Assembly (NCBI GenBank): GCA_951406725.2
Contig: OX597826.1
Span: 14,136,001-14,200,000, forward strand
Length of the DNA: 64,000 nucleotides
Source of the DNA: Octopus vulgaris
Taxonomy: Eukaryota
Direction of reading: 5' to 3'
Shown: positions 12,898 through 27,495 of the stretch, piece by piece
How positions within the stretch are numbered: the stretch's first letter is position 1
Layout of the letters: each line of letters opens with the position of its first letter
Translations under genes and position numbers: made by a program
The notes under the pieces: model-generated
What the model was told of the DNA's origin: nothing
Databases searched by the model: none
Seen by the model: only the letters and a program-made list of their open reading frames with translations

Positions 12898-13110
12898 GAA
12901 AGCTAGCAGAATCACCAGCACTCCGGGCAAAGTGCTTAGCGGCCTATGGCCCGTCTTTACGTTTTGTGTTAAAATTCTACCGAGGTTGAATTTATCTTTC
13001 ATGCCTTTCAAGGTCGAAAAAATAAGTACCAGGTGAGAACTGGCGTCGTCGTGATGAACTTAGGTTCTCACCGGAAAATAATTACCTCTTGCCAAATGTT
13101 GAAACCAATA
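12898..13110 (+). mobile_element. Diverged SINE family B
   Basis: AGCTAGCAGAATC...CCGGGCAAAGTGCTTAGC...ATAAGTACCAG. Confidence 0.55.
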
Positions 13111-13130
13111 TTAACTGTATCGGCCCTTGC

Positions 13131-13163
<33 letters not shown>

Positions 13164-14254
13164 GAGAGAGGAGAGGCATCCTAATCAGGTATATTACCAG
13201 TTCCTCAGAATCCCACGTTTTAAATCAACCTCAACCCAGTTCTACATTCTTATAAGTGGGCGGTAATTTACATCATATTAGGCACGCGTGAGGCATACAT
13301 AGATATGTATGAATTCTTATCCGCATGCACCCGCTTTCTTCCTCCACGTATGCCAATGTCATAAGCGTGCAACATCCGCATTGTCTCTCGTTGCATCTAA
13401 ATAAACATTCTGATCACAGTGATCAAGCACTAACCTAAATCAATCACACACACATACACACATACACGGCATATATGTATATAACATCAAATGTTTAACA
13501 CACATTCTACTCATACAAATCTCGAACAAAGCGCAGCAACTGCTACAACAGAATAAAAGACATACTTTTAAACAGCAACATTGGAATATAGAAGGCACCA
13601 CAGCATTGGAGTGCACATGCATACCGAGTATTCATCTTGATAGTCTAATATAATTTTAAACAATCTGAGTACTTTCGGTACACACTTAATCCCCAAGCAC
13701 AAATATAAACACAAGCACTGCCCATACCCACCTGTGCTCACACAAATGCGCACACATTTTATTAAACTTATTACTAGACCATCAGTACACTACCTTCGCT
13801 ATGCATTTGCGAGAGAACACACACTCATCTCCATGCGTATTCATGAACAATACGTCGGGAATAACTATCACTGAAAATAACTCATGTATACACAAACATC
13901 ACTATACACTTATCCACACGGGAACGTACATAATTTACAGTTTGCTATCTCTTTCTCCGACATTCGTTTTTATATCTCTTCGTCCTCTCATTTCCTTCAT
14001 GTAGCTATCAAACTTACGTAAGCAGGACTTATCGAAACGTTAAATCTTCTGTTCTTTGCAGTCGTTTAATTTCTAGAGACTGGCTGGTATAATAAAGACA
14101 TTTTGTCTTCAAATTTCTGCTTCGCCTTTGATGTTGATATCATGTCGGATATATAACAACCTACATGTTTTACATCTTATGCTCTTGCCGTCAATATGTA
14201 CCTGTATGTACACACTCATACACACGAATAATTGTATATAAGAACATATATATA

Positions 14255-14820
14255 AATGGATGAATGAATTATCCTTTGTTTACTATTAACACGGAAAATT
14301 CAATAAACAGTTACCAGGGTAGCAAAATTCACGCAAGTAACAAAGATGTAGCGACTTATTCAAAGATAGAAACTCTGGGTTAATATGCATTAATTTGTAT
14401 AGTATAAGTAAGTAAATGGAGTTGAACGCAGATGTTATTCAAATTCTTTTACTTTCGACATATGTTTCGAAGATAACATTGGTTCTATTCCAAACGAATA
14501 AACGGTGTAAAATAATGTATTCTTCTCACCGAGAAAGAAAGAGTATATATCTCAACAAAAAGCCATTATATAAAGTTTGATGACTGCATAAATGATAAAC
14601 AGAACGCTATTAAGTATTAAAAAAAAACATTAGTAGATCTGATGTCAAAGGCAGGCCATAGGAAGAGAAGGGGTAAAGAACTAATAAGTAGAGAACAAAC
14701 AAAGAGGGACATATTGGTCGAAAAATGTTCAAAGCCTTGGAAGTAGATCTTCGAAACATATGTTGAAAGTAAAAGAATTTGAATAACACGTGCGTTCAAC
14801 TCTATTTATTTACTTATATA
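14255..14820 (-). mobile_element. PLE pLTR-like element with hammerhead relic and inverted partial copy
   Basis: Inverted repeat 14403-14474 / 14747-14818; tail 14261-14332 homologous to 57034-57096; TA-rich runs at both ends. Confidence 0.6.
14452..14537 (-). ncRNA. Degenerate type I hammerhead with long stem II
   Basis: Minus strand CTTTC-TCGGTGA-GAAGA...ACATT...AATGT...TCTTC-GAAA-CATATG-TC-GAAAG: stems I, II and III pair and the GUC site is present, but the core CUGAUGA is mutated. Confidence 0.5.
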
Positions 14821-14937
14821 TACATATATATACACATACATATATTGGTGTATATGCATTTAAATATATATATATCTACATGAAAATCTAAATTATATAT
14901 ATGCATAAATACACACACACATATATATATATATATA

Positions 14938-14980
<43 letters not shown>

Positions 14981-15010
14981 ATATATGTATATATATATAT
15001 ATATATATAT

Positions 15011-15372
15011 AAGTTTAACAATTAAGGATAATCTCTTAATAAGGGATCTTAACAAGAAATTATCGGGTAGCTAGCGTGAAAACCTCATAAAAGAACAAAT
15101 TAATTATATCTATATTGTATAGAGGGCATTATTACACATAAATGCCTCACACTAGGAGGGACAAAGTCATTACTACCAAAATTATACTAATCATACCCAA
15201 ATGCAGTTTTTCAAAGCAAGACATTTAAAAAATGAATTTAGTTCTGCAGAACTAAATTCATTTTTTAAATGTCTTGCTTTGAAAAACTGCATTTGGGTAT
15301 GATTAGTATAATTTTGGTAGTAATGACTTTGTCCCTCCTAGTGTGAGGCATTTATGTGTAATAATGCCCTCT

Positions 15373-15377
<5 letters not shown>
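15011..15377. mobile_element. Fold-back element: pLTR 3' portion plus perfect inverted copy (262-bp palindrome 15116-15377)
   Basis: 131-bp arms are exact reverse complements with zero spacer (GTTCTG|CAGAAC); homologous to 41676-41925; (TA)n on both sides. Confidence 0.85.
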
Positions 15378-15424
<47 letters not shown>

Positions 15425-15429
<5 letters not shown>

Positions 15430-16698
15430 GTCACCCCATAAGTCCTGTGCGTATTTTGAATAAAGAAAACAAGTAATCAAATGTCATATTTAAATGAAAT
15501 TTAACTATCAATGTACTTTCCCTGATTATCTATGACTTCCTTTCATCTATTTACAAGCTTTTTTTATCCCATCAATGTAAAACTCTTTTGGTTTTGGGTG
15601 TTTCAAAGCGAAGAACTCTGAAATGTCAGACTTCATCCAGGCTTGTGAAAGTTATGTCCCACAAATGATTCTGTAAACTATAAAACAAATTGTAGTCTGA
15701 AGGAGCAAGGTCGGGAAAATAAGGTGGATGAGGAATTTTTTCCCAACCAAGCTCTTCCATCTTCCGTGATGTGATCTTTGCAGTGTGGGGTCGTGCATTT
15801 TCCTGATGAAGCATCACTCCTTTTCGATTCACTAAAGCGGGCCTGTTTTTCTTCAAAGCTTGGTTGAAACGAACTAATTGCTGACAGTAGACTTGAGCAT
15901 TGATTGTTGCATTAGGTGGTAACAATTCATAGTGAATTACTCCTTTGCAATACCTCCAGATAGACAGAAGGACCTTTTTCCTATGAAGTTTCCTTCTCGG
16001 TTGTGGTTGAGCTTTTCCCCTTCTACCAAGTCACTGTTTACGACGTTTAACATTCTATTTTTTGTCCCCAGTCACAAGTCTGTCCAAAAAGAGTGAAATG
16101 AGCTCGCAAGAATGGAGAGGAGACGATGTCAACTCGCGATTTGCGGTTACTTTCGGACAATTCATGAAGCATCCATTTACCAAGTTTATGAACATTTCCA
16201 AGTTGTGAAGATGATGAACAGTTGTATGGTTTGAACTAAGCTTTATTGTCAATTTTTCAACTGATAATGCAGGATTTTCTTCAAGTGGGGCATAAAAGAC
16301 CTTACCATCAAACTCAATTGGACGTCCAGTTCAATCTTCATCTTCAAGGCTGAAATCTCCACTTCTGAATTTTGCAAACAATCTTCTACAAGTTCTTTTA
16401 TTCAAGCATTCTTTCCCATAAACTGAGTGTGTGTTTCGAGTCGCTTCGGTTGCAAAGATCCTTTTTTGTACTCATAAAGCTTTATGTGCCTCAAATGCTG
16501 TTTGGATCCTTTCATGTTAGAAGGGTTTTATTCAATAAAGTTTAATTCAATTATTCTGTAAAATAATATCTAATTAGTTTAAATGTAAACAAATGCACAA
16601 AATTAATTTTTAATTCCATTAGACATTCTAAAATACTATTAAATTTCATTCAATTTTTAACAAGGCAAAATCGTGCAGAACTAATGGGATGATATGAT
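15425..16698 (-). mobile_element. Decayed full-length mariner (Tc1/mariner DD34D) DNA transposon
   Basis: Peptides LDRLVTGDKK and LHQENARPH...HPPYFPDLAPSDYNLF; diverged TIRs TATCAGGTCACCCCATAAGTCCTG / CAGAACTAATGGGATGATATGATA; TA flanks; about 1.27 kb. Confidence 0.9.
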
Positions 16699-16817
16699 AT
16701 ATATATATACATATATATATGTGTGTGTGTGTGTGTGTATGTGTGTATGTATACTTACACACATATGTATATATATATATATATGTATATCTATATATAT
16801 ATGTGTGTGTGTGTGTC

Positions 16818-16852
<35 letters not shown>

Positions 16853-16899
16853 ACATGAGTGAGTGTATGTATTGTTGCTGTTGTTGAAGTTTTGTCACA

Positions 16900-17340
16900 G
16901 TTAGTTTCGTTCAAACATATCTGTTGATTTAAGCTGTATAAACCTCACACCTCGTTTTCTATGCATTCATAGTACATTAGGAACTGAATACACTGGACAA
17001 TGTACTCACCAGTTGAAATTATCGGAGCGTTCATTTCATATAGAATATCCATCCAATTAGTGCCCTGTCGGTTTTGAAATCAGTTATCTATGTGTGGTAG
17101 GAACAAGATCAAGAGGTAGGTTAGAGATGCATTTTATTATTTTGAACCAAAGATTAGTGGCTTCCGTGAACGAACAAATTGATGATGACTTTCCAACTAT
17201 GGCTTCTTCAACTCCTGTTAAAAGGTAATCTAAAACACCCAAGAACCTCCTAATACAAGGCCACCTTCGTTTCCAAAGGAAGGCGTAATTGAAAGAACTT
17301 TGGCTATAAATCGGTGCATAACGAAGGCGCACATAGATGT
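16900..17340 (-). pseudogene. Decayed PLE C-terminal region
   Basis: Minus-strand remnants resembling LPFLGNEG and a downstream GIY-YIG-like segment; weak. Confidence 0.3.
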
Positions 17341-17401
17341 ATGTTTGTTATTTAACTTTGTAGAATATACGTAGCTAAACTCAATTATGCATAACTTTCA
17401 G

Positions 17402-17441
<40 letters not shown>

Positions 17442-17451
17442 CTTATATATA

Positions 17452-17864
17452 TTTTACTCTTTTACTTGTTTCAGTCATTTGACTGCGGCCATGCTGGAGC
17501 ACCACTTTAAATCGAGCAAATCGACCTCGGGACTTATTCTTTTGTAAGCCCAGTACTTATTCTCTCGGTCTCTTTTGCCGAACCGCTAAGTAACAGGGAC
17601 GTAAGCACACCAGCATCGGTTGTCAAGCAATGCTAGGGGGACAAACACAGACACACAAACACACACACATATACATATATATATATATATATACATATAT
17701 ACGACAGGCTTCTTTCAGTTTCCTTCTACCAAATCCACTCACAAGGCATTGGTCGGTCCGGGGCTATAGCAGAAGACACTTGCCCAACATGCCACGCAGT
17801 GGGATTGAACCCGGAACCATGTGGTTGGTTAGCAAGCTACTTACCACACAGCCACTCCTGCGCC
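17452..17864 (-). mobile_element. SINE family A, full length
   Basis: Head GGCGCAGGAGTGGCTGTGTGGTAAG with B box GGTTCAATCC, internal TA/TG tract and GTAAAAGA tail. Confidence 0.9.
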
Positions 17865-18340
17865 TATATATATATATATAATTAAGAATAGATATAAACA
17901 CATTTCTCAGTGCAAGTATACATGAGTGCATATATGATCGGATGTGTCCCCAGCATGTCATTAGTCTTTACGTACCAGGTTTACGTTTAATATGTAAATA
18001 AGTATATCCAATAACACCGCTTTACGCGGTGGCTATATAAGCCATGTGTTCGGACACGGGAATGGATTAGATGAGTGCTGAGGAAGAGGCAAAAGTCCCG
18101 AAATATGGCATAGGCACACATTACCCATTTTTGTCTTCGATCACATTGCTTGTTTAATCTGACGTCTCGATACGATACGTAGCAGCAAAAGATCAATGCT
18201 GGCTATAATTTCTATAGAATATCTGTAGAAATAACATTAAAAAAATAATACATACATTCATGCACACATACGGACACACACACACATACACATCTCTATA
18301 ACAAGATTGCTTGTGTGGAAGCGTGCATGTGTGTATATAT

Positions 18341-18708
18341 GGAAGCACTCCGTCGTTTACGACGACGAGGGTTCCGGTTGATCCGAATCAACGGAACAGC
18401 CTGCTCGTGAAATTAACGTGTAAGTGGCTGAGCACTCCACAGACACGTGCATCCTTAACGTAGTTCTCGGGGATATTCAGCGTGACACAGAGAATGACAA
18501 GGTCGGCCCTTTGAAATACAGGTACAACAGAAGCAGGAAGTAAGAGTGAGAGAAAGTTGTGGTGAAAGAGTACAGCAGGGATCACCGCCATACCCTGCCG
18601 GAGCATCGTGGAGCTTTAGGTGTTTTCGCTCAATAAACACTCACAACGCCCGGTCTGGGAATCGAAACCGCGAGTCCGCTGCCCTAACCACTGGGCCATT
18701 GCGACTCC
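18341..18708 (-). mobile_element. tRNA-derived SINE family C
   Basis: Head GGAGTCGCAATGGCCCAGTGGTTAGGGCAGCGGACTCGCGG; tail GTCGTCGTAAACGACGGAGTG. Confidence 0.8.
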
Positions 18709-18993
18709 ATGTGTGTATATATATACATCAAGACTTGTGTTATGTGAAATCATGCATGAAAACGATATAAACCGAAGAGTAAGGTACACACCTATTAATA
18801 TTTACTAGTGTAACATAGTCTCCGAAGATCTAGTAAAAGTTAACATGCGTATGTGGTATATATCATATGCAACATACATCATACATTCCTAAATATATAT
18901 ATGGAAAGATTTAATATATATATATATATATATATGTGTGTGTATATCTATCTCTCTATCTCTCTATCTATTTATCTATCTATATATATATTC

Positions 18994-19037
<44 letters not shown>

Positions 19038-19774
19038 TTAGAGATATAGAAAGATACACACACACACAAATATATATGTATAAATATAGAAACACACATA
19101 CATCCACATACATCAACAAACATATATTCATCATTACAGACAGCAGTCTATGTTTTGTCGCCTTTTAAATCTGCTTTTATTTCCCATCACATCAGTTTTA
19201 AAAATTAAATTATATTATCTACTTCAGAAAATGTGTATTATCGAGTCTTAATATCATACATTTCTCGTGTACTCGGAACCCTTTTAAAAGTATCACCACC
19301 ATCTTTGATATAGGTTTTCAAAGAAGTCTTTGAGCGTTCATAAAATGTCGAGCATTGATGTTATATTCCAATTGATTTTAATCCTAGAATAGAAAATATT
19401 TGAGTGAAATTTATTCGTCATTCTTCTTCTTTTTTAATATTCTATCTCGGACGAAGGTTCGTTTATATTATTCAAGTATTTACTTTTCTCAATACGATCA
19501 TTTAATAATCGATGGCTTTGAATTGCTCAAAGAATACTCAAGTGTATGATATTTAGGTAAAAGTGATACGAAGATATGAAATGAAGATAAATATCGAGAA
19601 AAGAATCAAAGAAAACAGAGTTTTAGAACTTTGAAGATTTTAATGATGAACACACACACACACACACGCGCGTGCGCACGCAAAATATCTTTCTGCACAC
19701 ACATATGAATATATATGTATATATGTATAAATATATGCACACGTATATACGTACATATAAATATATATACATAC

Positions 19775-19808
<34 letters not shown>

Positions 19809-19816
19809 ATACACAG

Positions 19817-19875
<59 letters not shown>

Positions 19876-20067
19876 GGTATTTATGTACATACATACATAT
19901 ATATATATACATATATATATGTAGGTATATATATATATATATATGTATATATATAGATATATAGATAGATATATGCGTGTATATATAGATATATATATAT
20001 ACATGCCAATATATACTGGTAGATCTCTCCGCCCGCTTCTCTCTCTTTTTCTATCTGAGTATACACA

Positions 20068-20125
<58 letters not shown>

Positions 20126-20457
20126 CATATTCATATTGTGTGAATACATTTTTTATACAAACATGATGACTGTTCAAATGTCACAAAAAAAAATGTAAAT
20201 TTATTAAACGTGTCAGTTGACCGCTTGAATCGAATCTAATTGTAGAAATAAACAAACTGCACAATTTTACTTCATTTGATTTTTACTTCATTGAGGCACC
20301 TAACGTGATAGAAGCTGACGCTGTTTAGAACTGCTTCAGCAAATAATTTGGTGACGGTTAAAACCTGCGCTCGTTCGCACAATTCCTCTCTTCTATTCAT
20401 ACTGCCTTCTATTCCATCATACATTTTTATGCTGATCACTGTTCAATTCTCTCTCTG

Positions 20458-20860
<403 letters not shown>

Positions 20861-21699
20861 CTTTCTATCTTTCTTTCTTTCTTAATCTCTTTTCTTCGTC
20901 TCTTATTTCTTGATAATTGTTAGTTCCAAACATAGTGGTAATAGAGCTAACCATTTACCATAATGTATAATTTTGCGCTTATTTCATTTATTTATCCCAT
21001 GCATTTTAGCTATGGCGACATCATACATACATACATACAATCATACACATCTGTACACACATACATACATAGATACAACACATAAACACACACACACACA
21101 CACACAAATATGTAAGTATGTATCTTTGGAAAATAATAGAAAGAAAATGCACCGTTCATTTACATTGTAGTTAATTAATTCCGAAGTGTATTGTTATAGT
21201 CAAATCATTTCAAAATAGAATAACAGTATTTATAAAAAGATTATCACAATCAAATAATTTCATAATGTATTATTACATATTCCAAAATACCACATCATAT
21301 ACAAAATACATTACTGTAATGAAATCATTTCAAGATTACGCTTTTCAGAGTCCATTTTTGCATGCATATCATTTGAAAATTCATTATTAAACTCTATAAA
21401 GCGCATATTAGAAAAAGATGTAATTAAATATTCCAAACTACTTAATTATAAACCAGTTTCATTTTGATAGATATTGGTAACTGAATTACAGGCAGGTGTC
21501 AATAATTGGTTGACTATTTAAATATCATTTATATTTTTCAATAAGAAAGTTTCTTTATTGGCTCTTTGTTGTTCTGTCATATTTTCTCTACATTGATATA
21601 ATGAGAAAAGTTTAAAATGTGAACCCCCGAGCTCTTGCACATCTGTTTAAATATTCACTGCTCAGAACACGTTATTTGTTGTCGGTGACCCGTTTTGCT

Positions 21700-23190
21700 T
21701 TTTGCGGGTGATATGCATGTTTGGCCTACACAATTCACGCCACACACAGAATGTTAAGGCATAAATTAAGGTTTCGGAAAAGAATGTGAAGGATGATAAA
21801 CAATTCGTCAATTTTACATATAAGGCGATCAATTTTCTCTCGAAACGAGTTAATCGGAATAATGTATTTTGGTATTAAGCGTATTATAAAAGGAACAGCA
21901 TCTTTTTCTACTCTCATTATTTCCCCATATCATCTAAATTATGTGGAAAACTTGTAACATTTTCAGTACATACACCCGCGTCCGAAGCGGACAGTCTTCG
22001 CCCGTCAGTGATATAAATGCGAGTGATTTAGTGCACCTGAAGTCGATATAACAGATACCTCAAAACCTAAGCTGCCACTTCGACAGCATAACATAGTGAA
22101 TGCTTTCCCAAATTCGTATGGGTGAGCGTATAAGATAGAAATCGTCAACAGTGAAACTTATTAAAGTATGTGTAGATCTTTTAAACCTGTCAAAAAAGCC
22201 AACTTCCTTCGATATGTAAAATATTCACTAAGCTCTGATGAATCGAATTCCAGTGCAACCTGTATGGATAACAGTAAATGTTCCAAATTATTTCCTAAAG
22301 ATTTTAGAAACGTGATAAAAACTAACATAAATGCATACTTCCTCTGCATTGGCACCAAACACAAGTATGACGAGTGGGTAATCGATATGTTGGAAGTGCA
22401 AATGTATTGATATAAAAACGTTATACATGTGTAAAGCCTTTAATCAATACATCAATTTGTTTTCCATAAATTCTTTGCAGTATATCATCAGATAAATGTT
22501 TAACGGATATCACTCCACACATGCTTATATGCATGTTAAAATTACGAAGCACATGTCAGTACGTTAGGAGCAAAGTGGATTCTGTTATAATAGAAAACGC
22601 ATGATACTTCGCTGCACGTCATTCATTTACCAGTGGATCTTAACACCAGCCAGTTCATCGCCAGCGAATGACTAAGAAAGGCATATTTCAAAATGCCTAA
22701 AGCGGGAAGCTTTACCTCATGGCCCAAATTAAATAAAACCCATGAGGAGGCCAGGTAATAGATATATTCTAAAATATTTTGACAAAAGACAAAATATTAT
22801 GGCACTTGGAATACGTGGTAGAGATACGATAATCCTTAGAAGCTGTTCATCGAAAAAGAAGTGAGAGATTTCATTTCGGATCTATATCGTTGCACGCACT
22901 TGAACAGCTAACTTTGAAGTCATTCGCACGCATGGCGATGTCATTTACCACAGTTGCAAAATGTCACTTATTTACTAAATACGAACGAGACATAGGTACG
23001 ATTTATATATGAGAAACTGGAGAAGACGGACTGTTCCTCAGAGATATTTGTTTGGAGTACATATACTTTCGTAATATAACAAGCAATTATCCATCATTAT
23101 TTCAGCAAGTTTGATCAGCATCACTTCTGGATTACAATAAATGAAGATGCTCTGTAAAGTGCACTGAATAGTACAATTGTTGAGAAGCTA
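21700..23190 (+). pseudogene. Decayed PLE (RT N-terminus and GIY-YIG remnants)
   Basis: Frameshifted LYLM(P)KLNK...GRP-like motif near 22710-22755 and IYI*ETG near 23000-23022. Confidence 0.45.
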
Positions 23191-23959
23191 GACTACAACT
23201 TTGCTGTACCTGATATGGCACAAGCACAAAGCTTAAGCTGGTAATTATGTACAATATTGAATATTGCAATGAGTCTGGCAAGAACCATTTGATCTATGCA
23301 ACGAATGACATTGCCGCTGATGTTCTGAGAGACAACAGGACAATTAGCACACACACACACACACACACTCTCTCTCTCTCTCTCTCCCATTTTTTTTCTC
23401 TCTCTCTCACACACTCTCTCTCCTTCTCACTTTCTTATTTACTTTCTCTCTCAATACATTATCTAAATTTCTCAGATAATTAACGTGAATACAAAGTATT
23501 ATTCTTTAATTCTTTCATTCTTTTTTTTAATGTTTTCTGTCGTAGGACTTTGGGCATGCTGGAGTACCGTCTTAATTTATTTCCTTTCAGTTCTCTTGTC
23601 GCTTTATGTAAGTTCGTCTATGATTGAGCTCGTAAAAGCTGATCTTCCCAGAGTGCATGCTTGAATGGTTGGCTGATGCGGTAACCAACGTGATGTATCA
23701 AGTGTTTCTTTTTTAATGTTTCAGTAGGGATCACTTTTATGCCCCTGTTTCTCTAGGTAGGTGATTGAAGATCTGAGGACCTTTAAATATGGAAGTAGTA
23801 CAACAGATTTGTTTTTCTTGTGAATTCAAAGGTAGTGTATTTGGAAGCTTACTGTATCTATTAGTTCATGCATTGAAATTCTCTCTAATAGCGAAGTTTT
23901 GAACAAGTCCCTCAAGGAATTTCGATACGTATATGATAGTATGTCTTTCTCTTCGGCCT

Positions 23960-25330
23960 TTAAGAGTGTAGAGACGAAGAGCTTTCAGGCGTTCCCATTA
24001 TTTAAGGCTTCTAACTGAAGCTGTTTTACTAATGAGTGTTCTTTATAACCCCTAATTACTTCCTTGAGACTAAAGCCGTGTGATAGCAATCTAATCTGCT
24101 AAGAGCTAGGCTTTCCACAGAGTCAGCATAACTACCAGTTCTCTTGTCATGAAGGTTCGTTGGAGCCATTCAATTAAATGTCTGCATTGAGATGTCAGTT
24201 TGATGTGTCTGAATAATGATACATCATTTAATATGAATACTCCTAACTCCTGTAAGTCATTACGTGCTGTGAATCACTGTGTTACCAAGTGTCGAACCAT
24301 GTGATTTGTTTGAATCCCCTTCTTTATAATGTACCTGAAATTTGGATGCATTAAATTTCATACTGCATTCTTTTCTGAGGTTTAGTTCATTTTAAAGTGT
24401 AACGACATTTGCTGGTCTTTGGATAGCCATCGATATTTTTTGCCATTGGTGTAACTCGCTGGGTTGAGCGAATTAACTTTTAAGCTATATACCTGATAGA
24501 GTGATGATAAATAATAATGATCATTCAACCGTATCCAGATTCATGCCACTTATTACAAGCGATTTTGCAGAGAAAAAAAACCCTGTTTACAGCGACAGTG
24601 AAAGAGCCATTCTCCGAGTTCTCTTGTGATACCGAAGCCTCTTATCGTACGATACATCATTCCCTGATCAATCTCATCAAAGGCCTTAGATAAATCAAGA
24701 TATATGAAGTCAGTGTCCTTCCCATCATCGGGGATAGTGTTATGGTGCTGTAATAATTGTGACAGACAACTTCGTCCAGTCCGAAGACTATACTGCGTAT
24801 AATTCAAGAAATCGTTTTCTTCAAGGCACGTAATTGTGCTTTTTCATAATATTCATTCGACAATTCTAGATGTGTGAGATTTGAGAGAAACAGGTCTGTA
24901 ATTTTTAGCTTTGTGTATAGGTGTTACTATTACGCCTTTCTGTAATTCTAGGAATATACAGGTGTCTAGCGACTTTTGAAGCAGCATCTTTAATGGTTTG
25001 GCGACGTTTTTCTTTGCACGCTTTTTAACACTATACCTGGGAAACCAACAGCTACAGATTTAGAGTTCGAATCTGGGTCATTGGTTGCTGTAAGTATATC
25101 ATCTTCCATAATATCATTAATTTTAGACGTGTAGCTGCAGCTGAATTCCGAGGACCAAGAAATTAATTTAGATTATGTAATATTTTTTAAATTATAGGTA
25201 GGGTTGGGAAAATGTATTGTTATAGTATTGACTCAAGAGTCCACATATTAATGATGTATCATCAAAATATCGTCCATTTGGGTTCATTAGAGGACCAATC
25301 TGGCTATATTTATACTTTTTTTTTAAATAT
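23960..25330 (-). pseudogene. Decayed CR1/L2-like LINE reverse transcriptase
   Basis: ORF 24553-24807 QYSLRTGRSCLSQLL...DFIYLDLSKAFDEIDQG...GITRELGEW matches non-LTR RT motifs; a YRPVSL-like motif lies upstream. Confidence 0.8.
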
Positions 25331-25714
25331 TTGCTACCTGTTTATTGTAGTTGTGTAATTGCCGTCTGTGAATCTGTCGAGTACAGAGGAATTATTTCGG
25401 AAACCTAATCATTAGTCAAATTTGAACCAAACATTCATATTGGCGAAGATATATTAGGGCACCCAGACTTTCTCATTATAGTGAGACAGCCTGTTGACGA
25501 GGAATTTGACTTAGCAGTTGCTGTGACTAGGTAAAGGAAAAATAGATGGATGGTGGTTGAGATCCCATTACCACTGAAATGATACAAGAGACAGTGTTAA
25601 ATTGGGATAACACACAGACTGTATATCCCATGGACGCTCCTTAACGGTGAAAAAGGATAAAAAATTACTCTCCAAACATTTATGTTGTAATATATTCTAA
25701 TGTCTAAAAATATT

Positions 25715-25870
25715 CGGGGAGGGTGGGGTGGGGCCTAGTCGATTACATCACACGCAGTGCTCATCTGGTACTTATTTTTTCGAACCTGAAAGGCAAAGTC
25801 GATCACAAAGAAAGAAAAATACCTCTAAGTATTTTGTCTGGCGTGTTATAGATTTTGCCAACTTGCTGTC
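25715..25870 (-). mobile_element. Diverged SINE family B fragment
   Basis: CTGGTACTTATTT...GAAAGGCAAAGTCGA. Confidence 0.5.
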
Positions 25871-26182
25871 TTAAGTTATATTTTAAATATTGACGTAAAC
25901 TACACCCTCCAAAATTACATGTCCATGTAGTACAAATTTGCAACATGCACATAATTTTATAGCTTTGTAAATATATCATTTCTTTATTTGCAAAGAAGTG
26001 ATTATGCCATTCATTACTTTATAATAAAACAAAAATTTGCATGAGACTTTCTTTTGGGTAAATTTTCTAAATAAATACGCGTATATACAGACAAATGCAT
26101 ATATATACACATATATTATGTATAACTAGACACCCCACAACACACACACACATATATATGTGTGCGTGTGTACGTGTGTTTA

Positions 26183-26242
<60 letters not shown>

Positions 26243-26329
26243 CATCATCATCATCATCATCATCATCGTCGTCAATAACAATAACAATAATAGTATAAAC
26301 ACACACACCTATATATACATACATACATA

Positions 26330-26406
<77 letters not shown>

Positions 26407-27149
26407 ATATACATATTTGTATATCCGTGCCTGTAAATTTTACAATTCGTCTTTGTACATTTTTCCAATTTCAATGCATTGCTTCGAAATATTTCACAGC
26501 AATGTTTTTGTGAGCGATTACGATGTTGTCGAATGACCTCTGTGCTAAACAAACATTTCTGGCGCTAAATGAGTTGCAGACAATAGAAAAATGAGAATCT
26601 CCAGATATTTGATTGATGGCTCAAAATGACCATTGCAACTATTTTCCTCGTGGATCTTCTATCAGAATGATTGAATAGTAACGCAGAGAGGAATTGAAAT
26701 TTATTCATTATGGAAATTCGCTTGCTAGTCAGTTCGTACTGTGTGTGATTGTATTAGAGTTAGTGTTGTTTGTGAAATTAGTCGTGACAGTGGTTGGTTA
26801 TTCTTATTCTGGAAATGGAATTTAGGAGTGTATACTACCATCAAATATTCATTAAATCGTTTATAGGGAAAATAAAAACACATTCAATTTATAGCAAGAT
26901 CACGCCGAAATTTAAACTCCAAAGTTATTGCTTTTTTTTTCATAATTTGGAAAAAATATGAAACAGAATTTCATAATCACAAAATATTCTCTTTCCACTT
27001 GGTTTATGAACAATTTCCATTGCTTTATCTCGTTGAATGAAACTTGTCCCCTCTGTTGAAACTGATATTTCTGTTAAATTGGGAATTAAACTCACTTGGT
27101 ATCATAATCCTCTCTAAATTAAGCACAAAGACCGAAATTTTAGATAGCA

Positions 27150-27495
27150 GTAGTGGTCGATGACATTGACCCCAGAGCTTAACCGGTATTTATTTTATTG
27201 AGCCCGAAAGGAGGAAATGTATATTCGACTTCGACGGAATTTGACCTCGTAACGTAAAGACATTTTGTCTGGCGTGCAAACGATTCTTTTCTAGTATAGA
27301 CACAAGGCCTTAAATTTGGGGGTGGGGGCCAGTCGATTAGACCGACCCCATTACGCAACTGGTACTTAATATATCGACCCCGAATGGATGAAAGGCAAAG
27401 TCGACACCGGCAGCATTTGAACTTAGAATGTAGCAACGGGAAAAATACCGTTAAGCATTTCGTCCAGCGTGCAAACGATTGTACCAGCTCTCCAT
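27150..27495 (-). mobile_element. SINE family B, tandem partial units
   Basis: CTGGTACTTAATATATCGACCCCGAATGGATGAAAGGCAAAGTCGAC...AAGCATTTCGTCC. Confidence 0.7.

Noticed and set aside
22450-22500. CTGATGA...GAAA on the minus strand
   Set aside because: Weak AT-only stem II, no stem I or III, and inside a decayed ORF.
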